This document shows, in pieces, positions 51,871 to 64,000 of a DNA stretch of 64,000 nucleotides (the first letter of the stretch is position 1; each line of letters starts with the position of its first letter). Below the pieces are notes generated by a model that searched no databases, was not told the origin of the DNA, and saw nothing but the letters and a program-made list of their open reading frames with translations. The stretch covers positions 68,138,001 to 68,202,000 of the forward strand of contig OX597823.1 of NCBI GenBank assembly GCA_951406725.2, written 5' to 3'. The stretch comes from Octopus vulgaris (lineage: Eukaryota). The position numbers and the translations under genes were made by a program.

Positions 51871-53037
51871 TATCTTATGCATACAGACATTTTCTCTGTG
51901 TGCGTGTATGTGTGGGGATATATGTATATGTATGCATGTGTTTTGATATTTTTGATGTATATTTTATGCATATAGAAAAACTCTTGAAGACCAAAGAGAC
52001 CAGAAAATCAGATAATATGAGTTACATAACTGTGTTATATGGAGTCAATCACTATATTTTTATGTATAAATGTATGCATGCATATGTATATATACACACA
52101 TACATATATGTACGTATCCATATAAACACACACATCATCAATGTCATTTTGAACTCATTTTTCATGCCGGCATGGGTTAGATGGTTTCAAGTTCAGTTTT
52201 ACTGTGTGGCACCTTAGTCAGGAATCTTCTGTTATAACCCTGGCAGACTAAAGTGTCCTGAGTGGATTAGGTAGGTAGCAACTGAAAGCAGCCTGTTATA
52301 TATATATATGCAAGTGCATGAGAAAAAAAGAGAGAGGGAGAGAAAAAGAGTGAATGAGAGAGAGCATATGTATGTTTGTGTTACCTTATTATGACATCAC
52401 ATGAGTGTTGTAAATGTGTGTCACTGTCACATAATCAGTGTCATTTATTTCCAATATTGAGCAGAAACATATCTGGCCATGGTGAAATATTATCTTTGCT
52501 TGAAAACAGCTGAGTGTTGGCAACAAGAAGGGCACCAGGGCATAAAAAAGTTTGCCTCTCTAAACTTTGTTTGATCCATGTAAGCATAGAAAAGGGGACG
52601 TTAAAATGATGATAATATATACACCGATATATGTATATATATGTGTGTGTACACATATATAAATTGTTTGTGTACATATATATATATATTATTTGTGTAA
52701 GTGCGTGTATTTGTATGTGTATGTATGCATGTATTTATAAATTCCATTATAAGAAACACTGCCCACCTATATGCTTTTTAGTAAACCCCTAAATATCAAT
52801 ACTATGACCTGAAGCTGACATACCTAAACATGTACACCTGTCTACAAAGTTTTACATGTATGAATAAATTCTGAACAATAACATAATCCGAGATTTAATC
52901 GCTAAAACTTCCTCCGAAACTCCTTTCCATCACAACCTACCCTAGAGGCTAAGTACCATGCAGCTGAACCTTACATACCCAAGGAGAATCTTATCTCAAC
53001 AGAGACTATATAAAGCCAAGATTAACTTAAATGCATC

Positions 53038-53082
53038 ACAGTCTGATGATGGATTAGCTAGCCAAAAATTCCAAGTCACTGT
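53038..53082 (+). ncRNA. Degenerate type I hammerhead ribozyme motif
   Basis: acagt-CTGATGA-tgg..cca-aAAA-ttccaa-GTC-actgt. Stem I is a perfect 5 bp, but core G12 is replaced by A. Confidence 0.55.
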
Positions 53083-53309
53083 CAATACTAATCTTGTTAA
53101 AGAATAATAAATTTGTGCTCAACAAAAGTATAGAGTAACCCTTCAGATTAATGTAAAATTGTTTTTATTGTAATTAAACATAAAAAGACCATTAATATAT
53201 ATATTTTATATAAAACATTTTTATACACACATATTTTACACACACAGAGCATGTGTGTGTTTAGAAAGTAGCGTTTGCATGTAAAAAGATGTGCTGGAGC
53301 AATAAACAT

Positions 53310-53920
53310 ATGAGAAGTAGATTGCCTTGAGCTCTGGAGTCTCCCTAGTAGATAGCAGATAGTTTTAGTAACATTGGTGACCTAATTAGCAGTCCTAAAA
53401 GTATAGTTTCTAGAATGAGAAAAGAATGGAGAAATTTTAAAGAGCTATAGCCTCTGTTGGCTACAAAAGGTCTCTCTCTATCACAGAAGAAAGCTGATTG
53501 TATGATGCTTGTATATGAACAGTAGTGTTACATGGTAGTGAGAGACATGTGCCATGAATCTAGAGGACATGCAGAGACTATTGAGGAATGAAGCTGCTGT
53601 GCAGTATTAGTGTGCATATGTAACAGTGTGAAGGTGTTGAGAGAAAAATTGGGCATAGGAGGGATGAGATGCAGTGTGCAAGACAGAAGATAGTGCTTGT
53701 TTGGTCACATGATGCATGTGGATGAAGACAACTGTATAAAGAAGTGCTAATCACTTAAAGTGAATGAAACTTTTGTGGAGATGAGAGGCCCATGAAGGCA
53801 AGAGATGAAGTAACAAAGACAGACCTCAAATTGCTGAGTGTCACAGAAGAGATGATAAATGTTCAAGATGATTAGTGATTTGCTGTGCTCAAGAACCTCA
53901 TCCACCACAGCAAAAATGAT
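53310..53920 (+). mobile_element. Degenerate RTE LINE C-terminal fragment
   Basis: Similar to 1545-2070 (gtagatagc..ggtgacc, tgtatgatgcttgt, gatgaagacaactgtataaagaagtgc). Confidence 0.7.
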
Positions 53921-54929
53921 GTCCGAAAAGCATTCTGTTTATGCTTGTAACCCATTCTGACCTGTCAAGCATTCCCTACATCTTATTCCTGTAATGCCCA
54001 TCCTTCACTAACTCCTCTTTCTCCAGCACTACTCACTATTTGTATTTGCTTGAAAGCAGAATTGGCACATATCACTCCCCAGAAACCTTCCATCCCTTAC
54101 TCTCATCCTTCCTTCTTATGCCTCACTGAATGCCTCTTTTCTGTGCCTTCAGATAGATATTTTTTTTCTCTCTCTCTTTCAATCTCTACCATACTATACC
54201 TTATCCTATCACATACATTTGCTATCATTCTCAACATATTCTCATATCCACCATCATACCCACCCACTATTCACACCTAATCTATTTTCACATCTTTCGC
54301 TCCATCACTCCAACACCTTGAACATCATCTCCCAGTCTTGTACATCATCCTCCTATCTTGTACATTATACTCTAATCTAATCTAACTCCCTACTTGAGCC
54401 ACTGCTAGCCCTCTCTCCTTACTCTGTATATCCAATCTTGTACATCATTCAATGCATTTACTTCTACCCTGCTTCCTATCTGTTACCCTCTCTTCACATT
54501 CATATGTAACCAACAATCATCCTACCATTTGAACCACTGATTCTGTCTGACCCATGCAAGCATGGAAAAAACGCTGTTAAAATGATGATGACACACATAC
54601 AAACATTTATACATATACATACACAGATGCATATGTGGGTATATATAGGCTAAATGACAGATAAAAGATATGGAACAATGAGTAAAACATTTATAATGTA
54701 TATACAAATGTAAGACAGTTTTAAATATGGCTATCCATATATTTCTGTAGGAATGTGCATATATCCATATATACATACATATATATATATACACACATAT
54801 ATATGTATGCATGTATGTACATATGAGTGTGTGTGTGTGTGTGTAGGCAGAATAGGTGGAAAGATAGTGTTTGCAAGTAGCATGTCCATTCCATTCAAAT
54901 GCTTGGAAGGCTTCTTAGAAGTAGCTGAA

Positions 54930-55500
54930 AGCTTCCATTAATATTGAGGACCTAATTACAAGTGGAGGCAAGCAGCCAGAACATAGTAACCAGAGTCAAA
55001 ATTAGACATAAAATTATAGAGAGCAATAAGTTTTGCTGGTAGCAAGGGGATTCTCTCTCAGTAAAACGTAGATTGTAAGATGCATGTGCAACAAGTGTAA
55101 TGTTACATGATAGAAGAAAAAAACCTGGGCATTGAATATTAAGGAGGTGAGAAAGAAATGAATTGGGCATGCTCCACCAAATCTAGAATGTTAATGTGAA
55201 TGAATGACAAAGCACAGATGAACTGACAGGAAAAATAGCTGCACATCCGAGGAATAAGGTGTTGCATGCAAAAGAGGGAAGACTGCATGGGTATGGAAAT
55301 GGGACATGTGATGTGTATGATGGATGAGAATTTGGTAAAGAAGAGCCAAGCCTTCCAAATGGAAGGCTCATAACGAAAGGAAGGAACTGGAAAAATATGA
55401 TGCAAGAACTAGTGAAAGTCAGTTTAAAGATACTGAAACTTACAAGTCTGAAAAAAACTGTCAAACTCATGAGAGAATGGGAGGTGAACACAAAAATGAT
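54930..55500 (+). mobile_element. Degenerate RTE LINE C-terminal fragment
   Basis: gactgcatgggtatggaaat..gtgatg and ggaagg..ggaaaatatg, which resemble the RLRW.GHV and GRP..W motifs. Confidence 0.6.
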
Positions 55501-55619
55501 GATAGAACCCGCCCCACATAAAACAAATATGTATGCTTGAGTATATATAAACACAAATGTAAATATAAGCATAGATACAAAAATATATGTTATATGTGTA
55601 TGTGTGTATATGTATTCTT

Positions 55620-55993
55620 TTATTCTAATATTTGTTTCAGTCATTTGATTGTGGCCATGAAGGAGCACCACCTTTAGTCGAACAAATCAACCCCAGGACT
55701 TAGTCTTTGTAACCTTAGTACTTATTCTATCGGTCTCTTTTGCTGAACCACTAAGTTATGAGGACGTAAACACACCAACATCAGTTTTCAAGCGATGATG
55801 GCGAGGACAAACACAGACACAAACATATATATATACAATGGGCTTCTTTCAGTTTCTGTCTACCAAATCCACTCACAAGGCTTTGGTTGGCCCAAGGCTA
55901 TAAGTAGAAGATACTTGCCCAAGGTACCATGCAGTGGGACTGAACCTGGAACCATGTGTTTGGTAAGCAAGTTACTTACCACACAGTCACTCC

Positions 55994-55999
<6 letters not shown>
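55620..55999 (-). mobile_element. SINE family A
   Basis: Full-length reverse copy. Its head is duplicated in inverted orientation just downstream. Confidence 0.88.
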
Positions 56000-56031
<32 letters not shown>

Positions 56032-56078
56032 GGAGTGACTGTGTGGTAAGTAACTTGCTTACCAAACACATGGTTCCA
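55947..56078. repeat. Perfect 132-bp palindrome centred on (TA)n
   Basis: tggaaccatgtgtttggtaagcaagttacttaccacacagtcactcctgtgca, then (TA)n, then its exact reverse complement. Confidence 0.95.
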
Positions 56079-56299
56079 TATATATATATATATATATACA
56101 TACATACAAGCATATATAAAAATATATTTATGTGAAACCATCCATACATGTCAATTTCTATTAAGACAGATCCCAGATTTCAAGCCAGTTTGATAAGTGA
56201 TGCACAAAATTTTCAGGCCTTGAGTAATTTTATAATTTCTGCTGATTAGAAATATAAAATATATGCTCATGTTTTGAGTTCTATTTTTTCTGTTTGTAC

Positions 56300-56830
56300 T
56301 ACCAAACTTTTAAATACAGCTAAATGTAAATCATTATACTTGGCATTCATTGACCAAGAGAAAGCCTTTGACAGAGTCCCTTGCACTGTGATCTGTATGA
56401 AACAAGTAAATGAATAGGTTGTGCCATACAAGCCATGTGCAGGAGTGCTGTTATTAAGATGAGATATAGTCATGAGTACTGCAACACATTTAGTGTACAG
56501 GTAGCCATTTACCAGGGTTTGATACTCACTCTCTCCCTATTCATTATAATCTTCCAGGCAATAACGGATGAATTTAAAACCAGTTGCACTTGGGAATGAC
56601 TCTACACTGATGACCATTTTTAGAGCAGAATTTGAGATAGAATTAGAAAAGAAATTCCTGGTGTAGAAGCAAAACCTGGAATCAAAGAGCCTTAAAGTTG
56701 ACCTAGCAAAGACCAAAATTGTAGTAATCAAACAAACAGGACTTTTTTTCCCATCAATTAAATGGCCCTGTGTGATATGTAGGAAAGGTATTGGTAGGAA
56801 TTCCATATGGTATACCAAGTATAAGCTATG
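56300..56830 (+). mobile_element. Degenerate RTE RT-core fragment
   Basis: LYLAFIDQEKAFDRVP, S.LSPLFIII and LKVDLAKTK remnants. Confidence 0.7.
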
Positions 56831-57166
56831 AACACAAGATAATTGGTGACTCTGTGAACCTGAGAAGTCCCATCAGTTATGGTGAATGTGAAGTCCTTAA
56901 ATCATTATGCTTATATCTTTACATGCTGCACCCTGCACTAAATCCTGCCAACTTCAAGCATCGCATGTGTTGGATAGAGTTTATTGAGGAAGATTTCCTA
57001 CTGCTGGTTGCACATTCTGTTACTAATCCTTATCTGTTTTCAAGCAAGATAAAATTTACTCACGGCCAGACATGTTTTTGCACCATAATGGAAATGAACT
57101 CGAATGACATTCACACTTATTTACAACTGTTACAGAATACAATATGGATACTCAAACATAAAACTC

Positions 57167-57197
<31 letters not shown>

Positions 57198-57357
57198 CAT
57201 ACATACATATATATATATATTATTTATTTAAAGGGGGCTCAATACAAACATTTAGGTACTACTAATAGTTTCATATGTTGAGAAATACTCAAACATATTC
57301 TTCAGTACAATATATATATATATATATATTGATCAAGAATGTGATTTTATGAGAATA

Positions 57358-57452
57358 CCTTTCCTGATGAAGGGGACACTTTCCGCATGGTTTGTAAGAT
57401 TTTTTATTAATTTTTCTACCAAGACATGAACTCTGGAAACGATTGTAAAAAG
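57358..57452 (+). ncRNA. Type I hammerhead-like motif with long loop II
   Basis: ctttc-CTGATGA(57364-57370)-aggg...ctct-g-GAAAC-gatt-GTA-aaaag. Stems are imperfect. Confidence 0.5.
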
Positions 57453-57814
57453 TGAACTTCCTCAAACTATATTATATACCCTATATACCATTTATATATT
57501 TTTAAAAAACATATTGAACTCTGTGGATCTTTTAATTGAAACTCTTAACCGCTCTTAATTTTAGTACAAAATCATTTTAGCAGTTCTCTTTTTCTCACAC
57601 TTACTTCCACATGGGTTTTATTTACATGTATTTTTATGTATATTTATATTTTATAAATATCAAAAAAAAAATTCATATATGCCAATATGTATTAATATAT
57701 GTATATGCATTTTAAGTCGAATTTATGACTGTATGAGTATGATTTCCTAATTTGAGTTTATATCTTAATTCTTATTTATGTATATATGCATGCATATATA
57801 AACACCCTTTCATC

Positions 57815-58525
57815 ACAAATGACCATGGAATTGAACCTAGAAAGTTCCCCTCCAAGGCACAAGTCCAGGCAAGGTTGTTTGTGGTAAACGATGTACCCCA
57901 GTCTTCCTTCTTCATGCCACTGAAGGGAAAGGCAACAGCTGATACAGCTTGGCACCAGTGATGCTGCAACTCAAAACTGGAGCAATCTGAAATGAAGTGT
58001 CTTGCTCAGGAACATAACACACAGCCTGATCTGGGAGTTGAACTCACAACTTCATGATTATAAGATCAACATTCTAATCACTGAGTCATGCACCTTCATA
58101 CACACACACGCCTATAAATACGTATGCACATTTGTGTATATATGCACATACATATGTGAATATATATATATATTCTTATATAGGCATATGTACATTATAC
58201 ACATATATATGTATGTAAATATATATATATATACACACATGCATATATATGTATATACATATATATGAAATTAATGTGTGTGCTAGTGGTTGAGTATTCT
58301 ACAGACATGTGTACCCTTAACATACTTCTCAGGAAGATTCAGCATGACACAGAATGTGACAAGTTTGGCCCTTTGAAATACAAGTACAATCCATTTTTGC
58401 TAGCTGAATGGACTGGAGTAAAGTGAAATAAAATGTCTTGCTCAAGAACACAATGCACCACCAAATATTAAACTCACAACCTTACAATCTTGTGCCTCAT
58501 ACCCTAACAATTTAGCCATGCACTT
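57815..58525 (-). mobile_element. Two tRNA-derived SINEs (family C and a relative)
   Basis: 57815-58095 matches 6920-7215. 58285-58525 shares the head and the tgtcttgctcaagaacacaa core. Confidence 0.72.
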
Positions 58526-58924
58526 TCATAACACATATATACACAGCAAAGTGTAAAAACCAAAATCTAACAGTAAGATATGATATCTATACAATCAATA
58601 TCATTAGTTGGATATTTGAAGAAAAGAAATTATTAATAGCTCTAATATTTCTTACATTATCTTTTCTTGTAAAGAATGTTTGGGATATATCTGGAAAAAA
58701 TTGAAAATTATGGATTGTAAAACAGTGAAAAAATGCCATTCCAGAAACTAAAGCCATATAATTTTGGTCTACTATATGTATGGTCACTGTCTGACTGGAA
58801 ATATGGAGTAGGCAGAATAGTATATTTTGTGGCAGAAGAATGAACAGAACAAACATGTGCCTGTCTATGTTGGTGCATGCGTTTGTATTTTGTGTATGTG
58901 TAGTAGCAATATTTGTGAATGAGG

Positions 58925-59130
58925 AAAGGCAGGAAGCAGGTAGAATTGTTAACACTCCAAGCGAAATGTTTAGTAGAATTTTTAAAGTCTTTACATTCTG
59001 AGTTCAAATTCCACCAAGCCAACTCATCCTTTCGAGGTTGATAAAATAAGTACCAGTTGAGTACTGGGGTCAATGTAATTATCTTACCCCTTCCACCAAA
59101 TTTCTAGCCTTGTGCCAAAATTTGAAACCA
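58925..59130 (+). mobile_element. SINE family B
   Basis: Homologous to 12047-12255. Confidence 0.75.
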
Positions 59131-60286
59131 GTATTTGTGAGCGAGGGATGTGAAGTAGTAGTTTGTGTGCATTTTGTTTTGTACTATGTGTCTGAGTGTA
59201 TGTGTGTGGAGGAGTCCACCTGGATTGAGGATGCAGAAAGGTGTCTGTCATATTACACTGAGTGTCACTGTATATTTGTGTGTTACTGACTGATAGCTGA
59301 ATTGATACCAGCGAGATACATAGGCTGATGTGGGGAAGTTGTATCTGTGTATGTGTGTGTATATATGTATGCTTATGTGTATGTGTGTGTGTGAAGGAGT
59401 ATTTATTCAGTGTGTGTGTGTGTGGTTGTCTATATAAGTTGAATTTGTGAGACATTGTGTTAAGGGGTATGTGGAATGGAAATCGTGAAAGACAGATGTC
59501 TTGTTTTCAAGCTGGATGTCATGAAGAGGTGCTGTGAATCAGTTGACTACATGGTAACTAGTTTAACCCATGTGCAAGATGTTTTAAAGGGCACATTTTA
59601 AGCAGTAGATGATACCAATATAGTGAAGTGGATGGATACTGTGAGGGAGGAGGTGTAACAAATTGGCTGGGAACAAGGAGAGGATCCAGGAGCGGTGGTA
59701 GGACAGGAGAGGAGAGAGTTGCAGACCAGTAAGCTGCATAATTTACAGAAATGCTTGGATATGGAAAGAAGCAGATTAGGGAAGATTGGGAGGGTGGTAG
59801 GATCTGACTGGGTGAGACAAAAGGCATGTATTAGAGGGGTAGCAAAGAAGAGGATAGAAGATGCAGTTAGCTGTGGGATGAGTGCAAAATATGGTTGATA
59901 TAACAGGATCATGTAATTTGGGATGGGAGTAGGTATCCATTTCAAATGGAGAGATGGACTATGTATTGTGACTAGGTCTCAGAATCTTGGTTGCACATAC
60001 ATAGAATATGGAGATGGGATGTGGAGTCAGGGATGACTCATTTAAAATGAGAGGGATAGGAAGAGGAGGACAAAAACTGAAGATAAGAGTGGGAGTTGGT
60101 GGGTTTATAGATGGTCAATATCATTGACAGAAATATTGATGCTATGGAAATTGATGATGATGATACACACACACACACACACACACACACAGTTAATGCA
60201 AAAAAAGAACAAAGAAAAAAACAACAACGTGAGGATGTGGTACATGCAAAGTATTAGCAGATGCTCAGGGAAGGAAAAAAAGGTAG

Positions 60287-60320
60287 TTTTATGTTTCGAG
60301 CAAAGCTCTTCTTCAACGTT
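60287..60320 (-). ncRNA. Degenerate minimal hammerhead motif, second copy
   Basis: tTGAAGA-a-GAGC-ttt-GCTC-GAAAC-aTA-aaa. Flanking 60191-60290 is homologous to 45432-45540. Confidence 0.45.
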
Positions 60321-62239
60321 ATTTTGTGTCCACCTTCCATGGTGCAATGGATTGGGTGGTTTGACTGCTTGACAAGTTGGATGTTGGCTTGAAGCTACAA
60401 TGTTTCATTTTTGGTATGGTATGGTAAGTATGGTTAGATTCCTCTCTTAATGCCAGCTACTTTACAGAGTGTGGCTGATAATATAAAAACAAGACATTTT
60501 TGGTGAATTAAGGCAGAGCTGACCAAGGCTGTCTAAAGATAACTAATTGGGTCAAAGTCATTATCAAATGTATTAGAAAGAGAAAGTTTCAATTTTAATT
60601 TCTTTTTTATCCATGAAACTAATTTAAGAACTACTTTGGTTGGTCAGTCAGATAATTTCTTATAAATATTCATGGCTGTGTAACTATCTTTTAGGTTTAG
60701 TAAATTGTTAGGAATATACCATTTTTATTTTACTTTAAAAATAAAAGATAAGAATAATTCTCCAGGTTTAATTATCAAGGAAATAAAATCAGTCTGAATA
60801 ACCATTTCCCTTGGAGCTTATGTTAATTTTAATAATGATAAGGAAGAGATGTATTATATTTACACACACACACATGCTCACACAGTGTATATTGTAATTT
60901 ATAAGAAATTTCTTAGAAACATTCATGGCCTAACCCTGTTTTATACAAATGTGCTTATCATATCTCAGTATAATTAAGCATGACTTATCAAATTGTAAAG
61001 CCATAAACTCTTAACAAAATTTTAGATTACACCAGTAATCTAGCATAATATATCATATGGTTTCAGTGTCTTCTTGAGATTTCTAACGCAATATAAGTTG
61101 CTTCAACTTAAAGGAAATTGTCTATAGTTTTCTAAAAACAGGCTGATAATCATTCCCTCTGAATAACCCTTGGGTTAGTATTCTGGTACCCTTCTGTATA
61201 TGATAATATTTATGTGAAAATATGCACCATCATACTATATTTATCATATCAAATCTATATGAAACAAAATATTTTCTTAGCATATTAAGACTACTCTAGG
61301 AAAATGGTTGACTGACAAGTAACTTTTAGATAACAGAATGTTACCAAGAAATATAAACTGCTCTTAGGAGAGAAGGATAGTTTATCACATGTAAGTTTTC
61401 CAGGTAAAATCATGAATTTGTTCCATCTAATGAAGTGAGCTGAAGCAGTCCAGAAACTATATATAAAAAAACTCCTGTCTACATACATTTGAACTCATCC
61501 CCCAATGTGTCAGCATCAGCACTTCATACATTTGGTTTAGATTATATAAATGGAAGAGTCAAGAATGGTACTGCCATGCAGTTGCTCAAAATGCTGGGAG
61601 TAGCAGTCAAATTTCTTCAAATGATATGCTAACATCTTATGTAAAAAAAAGGCCACTCAAAAACAATATTGTCCTACATACTTCCAAAAACTCAGGATGG
61701 TCATGGCTGAAATGCCCTTGATCATATCTATTTAATGAAGGTTGATCTTGACTAAATGACAACATAAATAAACAAAAGCTAAATCAAGGACTTTGATGTG
61801 GTCTTTTGATCTGCCAGAGACTGCACCCAAATCTCCCTCAAATCACAACTACCATCTAGCTGAACATATTGTATGGTGACACATTTGATGATGCATTTGA
61901 TCATATCCTACATACCCTTGAAAATATGGAATTATCATGGCTGGAATAACTTAAATCTGAGGTCTGCTCATTCAGGATTAACCATGGGTTAAATAACAAC
62001 AAGCTGATAGTATATTTCTATTTTATTACAATACTTTTGTATATTCTGCAAAGTTCCGTTCTGTCAAGAGATTTTTTACCTTTTCTTTTCTTCTATATAC
62101 TGTGACTATTTCAACTCTTCCATACAGCAACTTACACAGCCTGGATAAAATTTAGCACATATTTATCAATGGCAAGATGACTTTCAATATTAGGAACTTT
62201 TTCAAATTAATTGTATTTTAACTTTTTATGTAAAAAAAG

Positions 62240-62455
62240 CCTCTGGTTTGACAGAATCATTAGCACTTCAGGTAAAATACTTAGCAGTATTTTTTTACAG
62301 TTCTTTACATTCTGAAGTAAAATTCTGCCATGGTCAACTTTGCCTTTCATCTTTTCAGTATTCATGAATTAAGTACCAGTTGAGCACTGGGGTCAATGTA
62401 ATTGACTTATAACATCCCCTAAAATTGTTGGTGTTGTTCCAAAATTTTAAACAAT
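62240..62455 (+). mobile_element. SINE family B
   Basis: Homologous to 11794-12012. Confidence 0.75.
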
Positions 62456-63769
62456 ATTTATATATTTTTATCATTTAATCTGATTAAGAGGTACATGGTA
62501 TCTGAATCTTTTGTAAGGCCCAACTAGTGGAGTCAATATTGTTGAAGTTCTACTCGAGTGTTTACACGTAAGTGTTGGACAGAAAAAGAAGTGGGTAAGA
62601 AATTCAGAAATGCACTTTTAGTAATGCTCTATGTAAGAAAGCTTTTAGTAAATTAAGATGATAATGATGAACTAAGAAAAGACAATTGTATCAGATGGGT
62701 TTGATCATGAGTGATACATATTTTGCTATTGCAGAGATGCAGAAAATGTTATAATGTCAGTAATGAGATAGTAGGACAAAAAAATTACAAATCCATTAAT
62801 GGAATAGTATTTGCAATGTACAGGGATATGAAAAATTGTAAACATTGATTTTTTTTTTCATTTTGTTTCATATTTATTCTCCTCTATCACTGTGATTCTA
62901 GTTTTCTTATATGTGTAAACTTTATAATTCAGAGATTAAATTCCTACTGAAATGCTTCTGTCAACTTGAATAGCACTTTAGTGACTTGAATAAAACTCTA
63001 AGTATTATGCTTGAAATTACTGATAATCTGGTAAATATAGATAAAATAGTAATAGCATGAGAGCTAGTCATACAGTAACACTCATCTTGGTATAACTTAT
63101 AATGCTTTTCTAACTGGAAGAAATGTTTATCAAGTATTTCATGTAATACATATTAAAAAAAGTTTATATAGAAAAGAATGCACAACACCAGAACAAACTA
63201 TGCGACAACATTACCAGCATTGTAAGATGATACAACATACTTTATGTCATTGAGTCATGCTTTACCAAATATATAACATTGCTGGGCTAAGGTGTATGAG
63301 TATAATGCTATTGATCTAAAGTTCATGAGTTCATCTCATATCATTGCCATCACAAAGTGCTATAAAATAAAATACATTATTTGCCTCAACTTTATCTATC
63401 TGAAAAATCAGTATTTTGTTATCAAGTGGTCATCTATTTAATACTTACATACTCATGGACAGTGCCATCAAAGAATCAGATAATAATTGACAAAAATTTA
63501 CAGCAATCTCATACAAAAATCACTCCATTACTTAACATCATGAAATATTAGATATCACATGCATTTATAGTAAAAATAATTAAATGGTTACAAAATATTG
63601 TCCCATTATTAATTATAGACAGTAAAACTGTAAGATGTTAACAAATAAAAATTTCAAAAATTACTCTTTTTTACTGAAAACACAGTATTTGATTCTGCAT
63701 AAACTACTTGGAGGTAAAGCAATAATTGGAAATAAAACATTACGGAACATTATTTGACCCTACTGTATT

Positions 63770-64000
63770 CTCTCGCAAGAGTGAATACCATGGATTGCTA
63801 CATCAGTGTTTCTTCTGCATCTTAAGAATATCCAGTTCTTGATATTATTCTTCCACATAATTCTTGATTTTTCTCTTCCTCTTCTATTCATTTTGCTTTT
63901 TAGTAACAGTTTTTCTAAACCATTTTTCTAAGTAAATATCCAAAACCATTTTAGATGTTTGATGATGTCTAATAAAATTTCCTTAGTTTTACCATTCTCA
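63770..64000 (-). mobile_element. Degenerate RTE-like C-terminal fragment
   Basis: Minus strand reads KMNRRGREKSRIMWKNNIKNW, resembling GKR.RGRP...W.DNIK.W. Confidence 0.5.

Noticed and set aside
756-61488. Most short ORFs in the ORF track ([12 protein letters not shown]-rich or SINE-derived)
   Set aside because: They are translations of microsatellites or repeat families, with no splice or domain support.

Overview
Eukaryotic, AT-rich, microsatellite-dense DNA. The SINE and LINE families look like those of an octopus (coleoid cephalopod); this is an inference from repeat content. Almost the whole window appears to be intronic. I found one convincing host exon: 81 bp, minus strand, 7802-7882, phase 0/0, encoding an L27-domain segment of a MAGUK p55-subfamily protein (MPP7/MPP5-like). 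The rest is a transposon mosaic: a young 5'-truncated CR1-type LINE with an uninterrupted RT ORF (25229-27446); degraded RTE, R4/Dong-like and Penelope-like retroelements; Tc1, mariner, pogo, piggyBac- and hAT-type DNA elements; a CpG-rich solo LTR; and many tRNA-derived SINEs. Nearly all short ORFs in the track are microsatellite or repeat artefacts. The most notable signals are several unrelated short non-coding inserts next to (TA)n/(CA)n tracts that carry type I hammerhead ribozyme cores (one near-intact at 23062-23122), a perfect 132-bp fold-back palindrome, a three-level nested insertion, and hairpin minisatellites in RTE 3' UTRs. All calls were made by eye and repeat boundaries are approximate.
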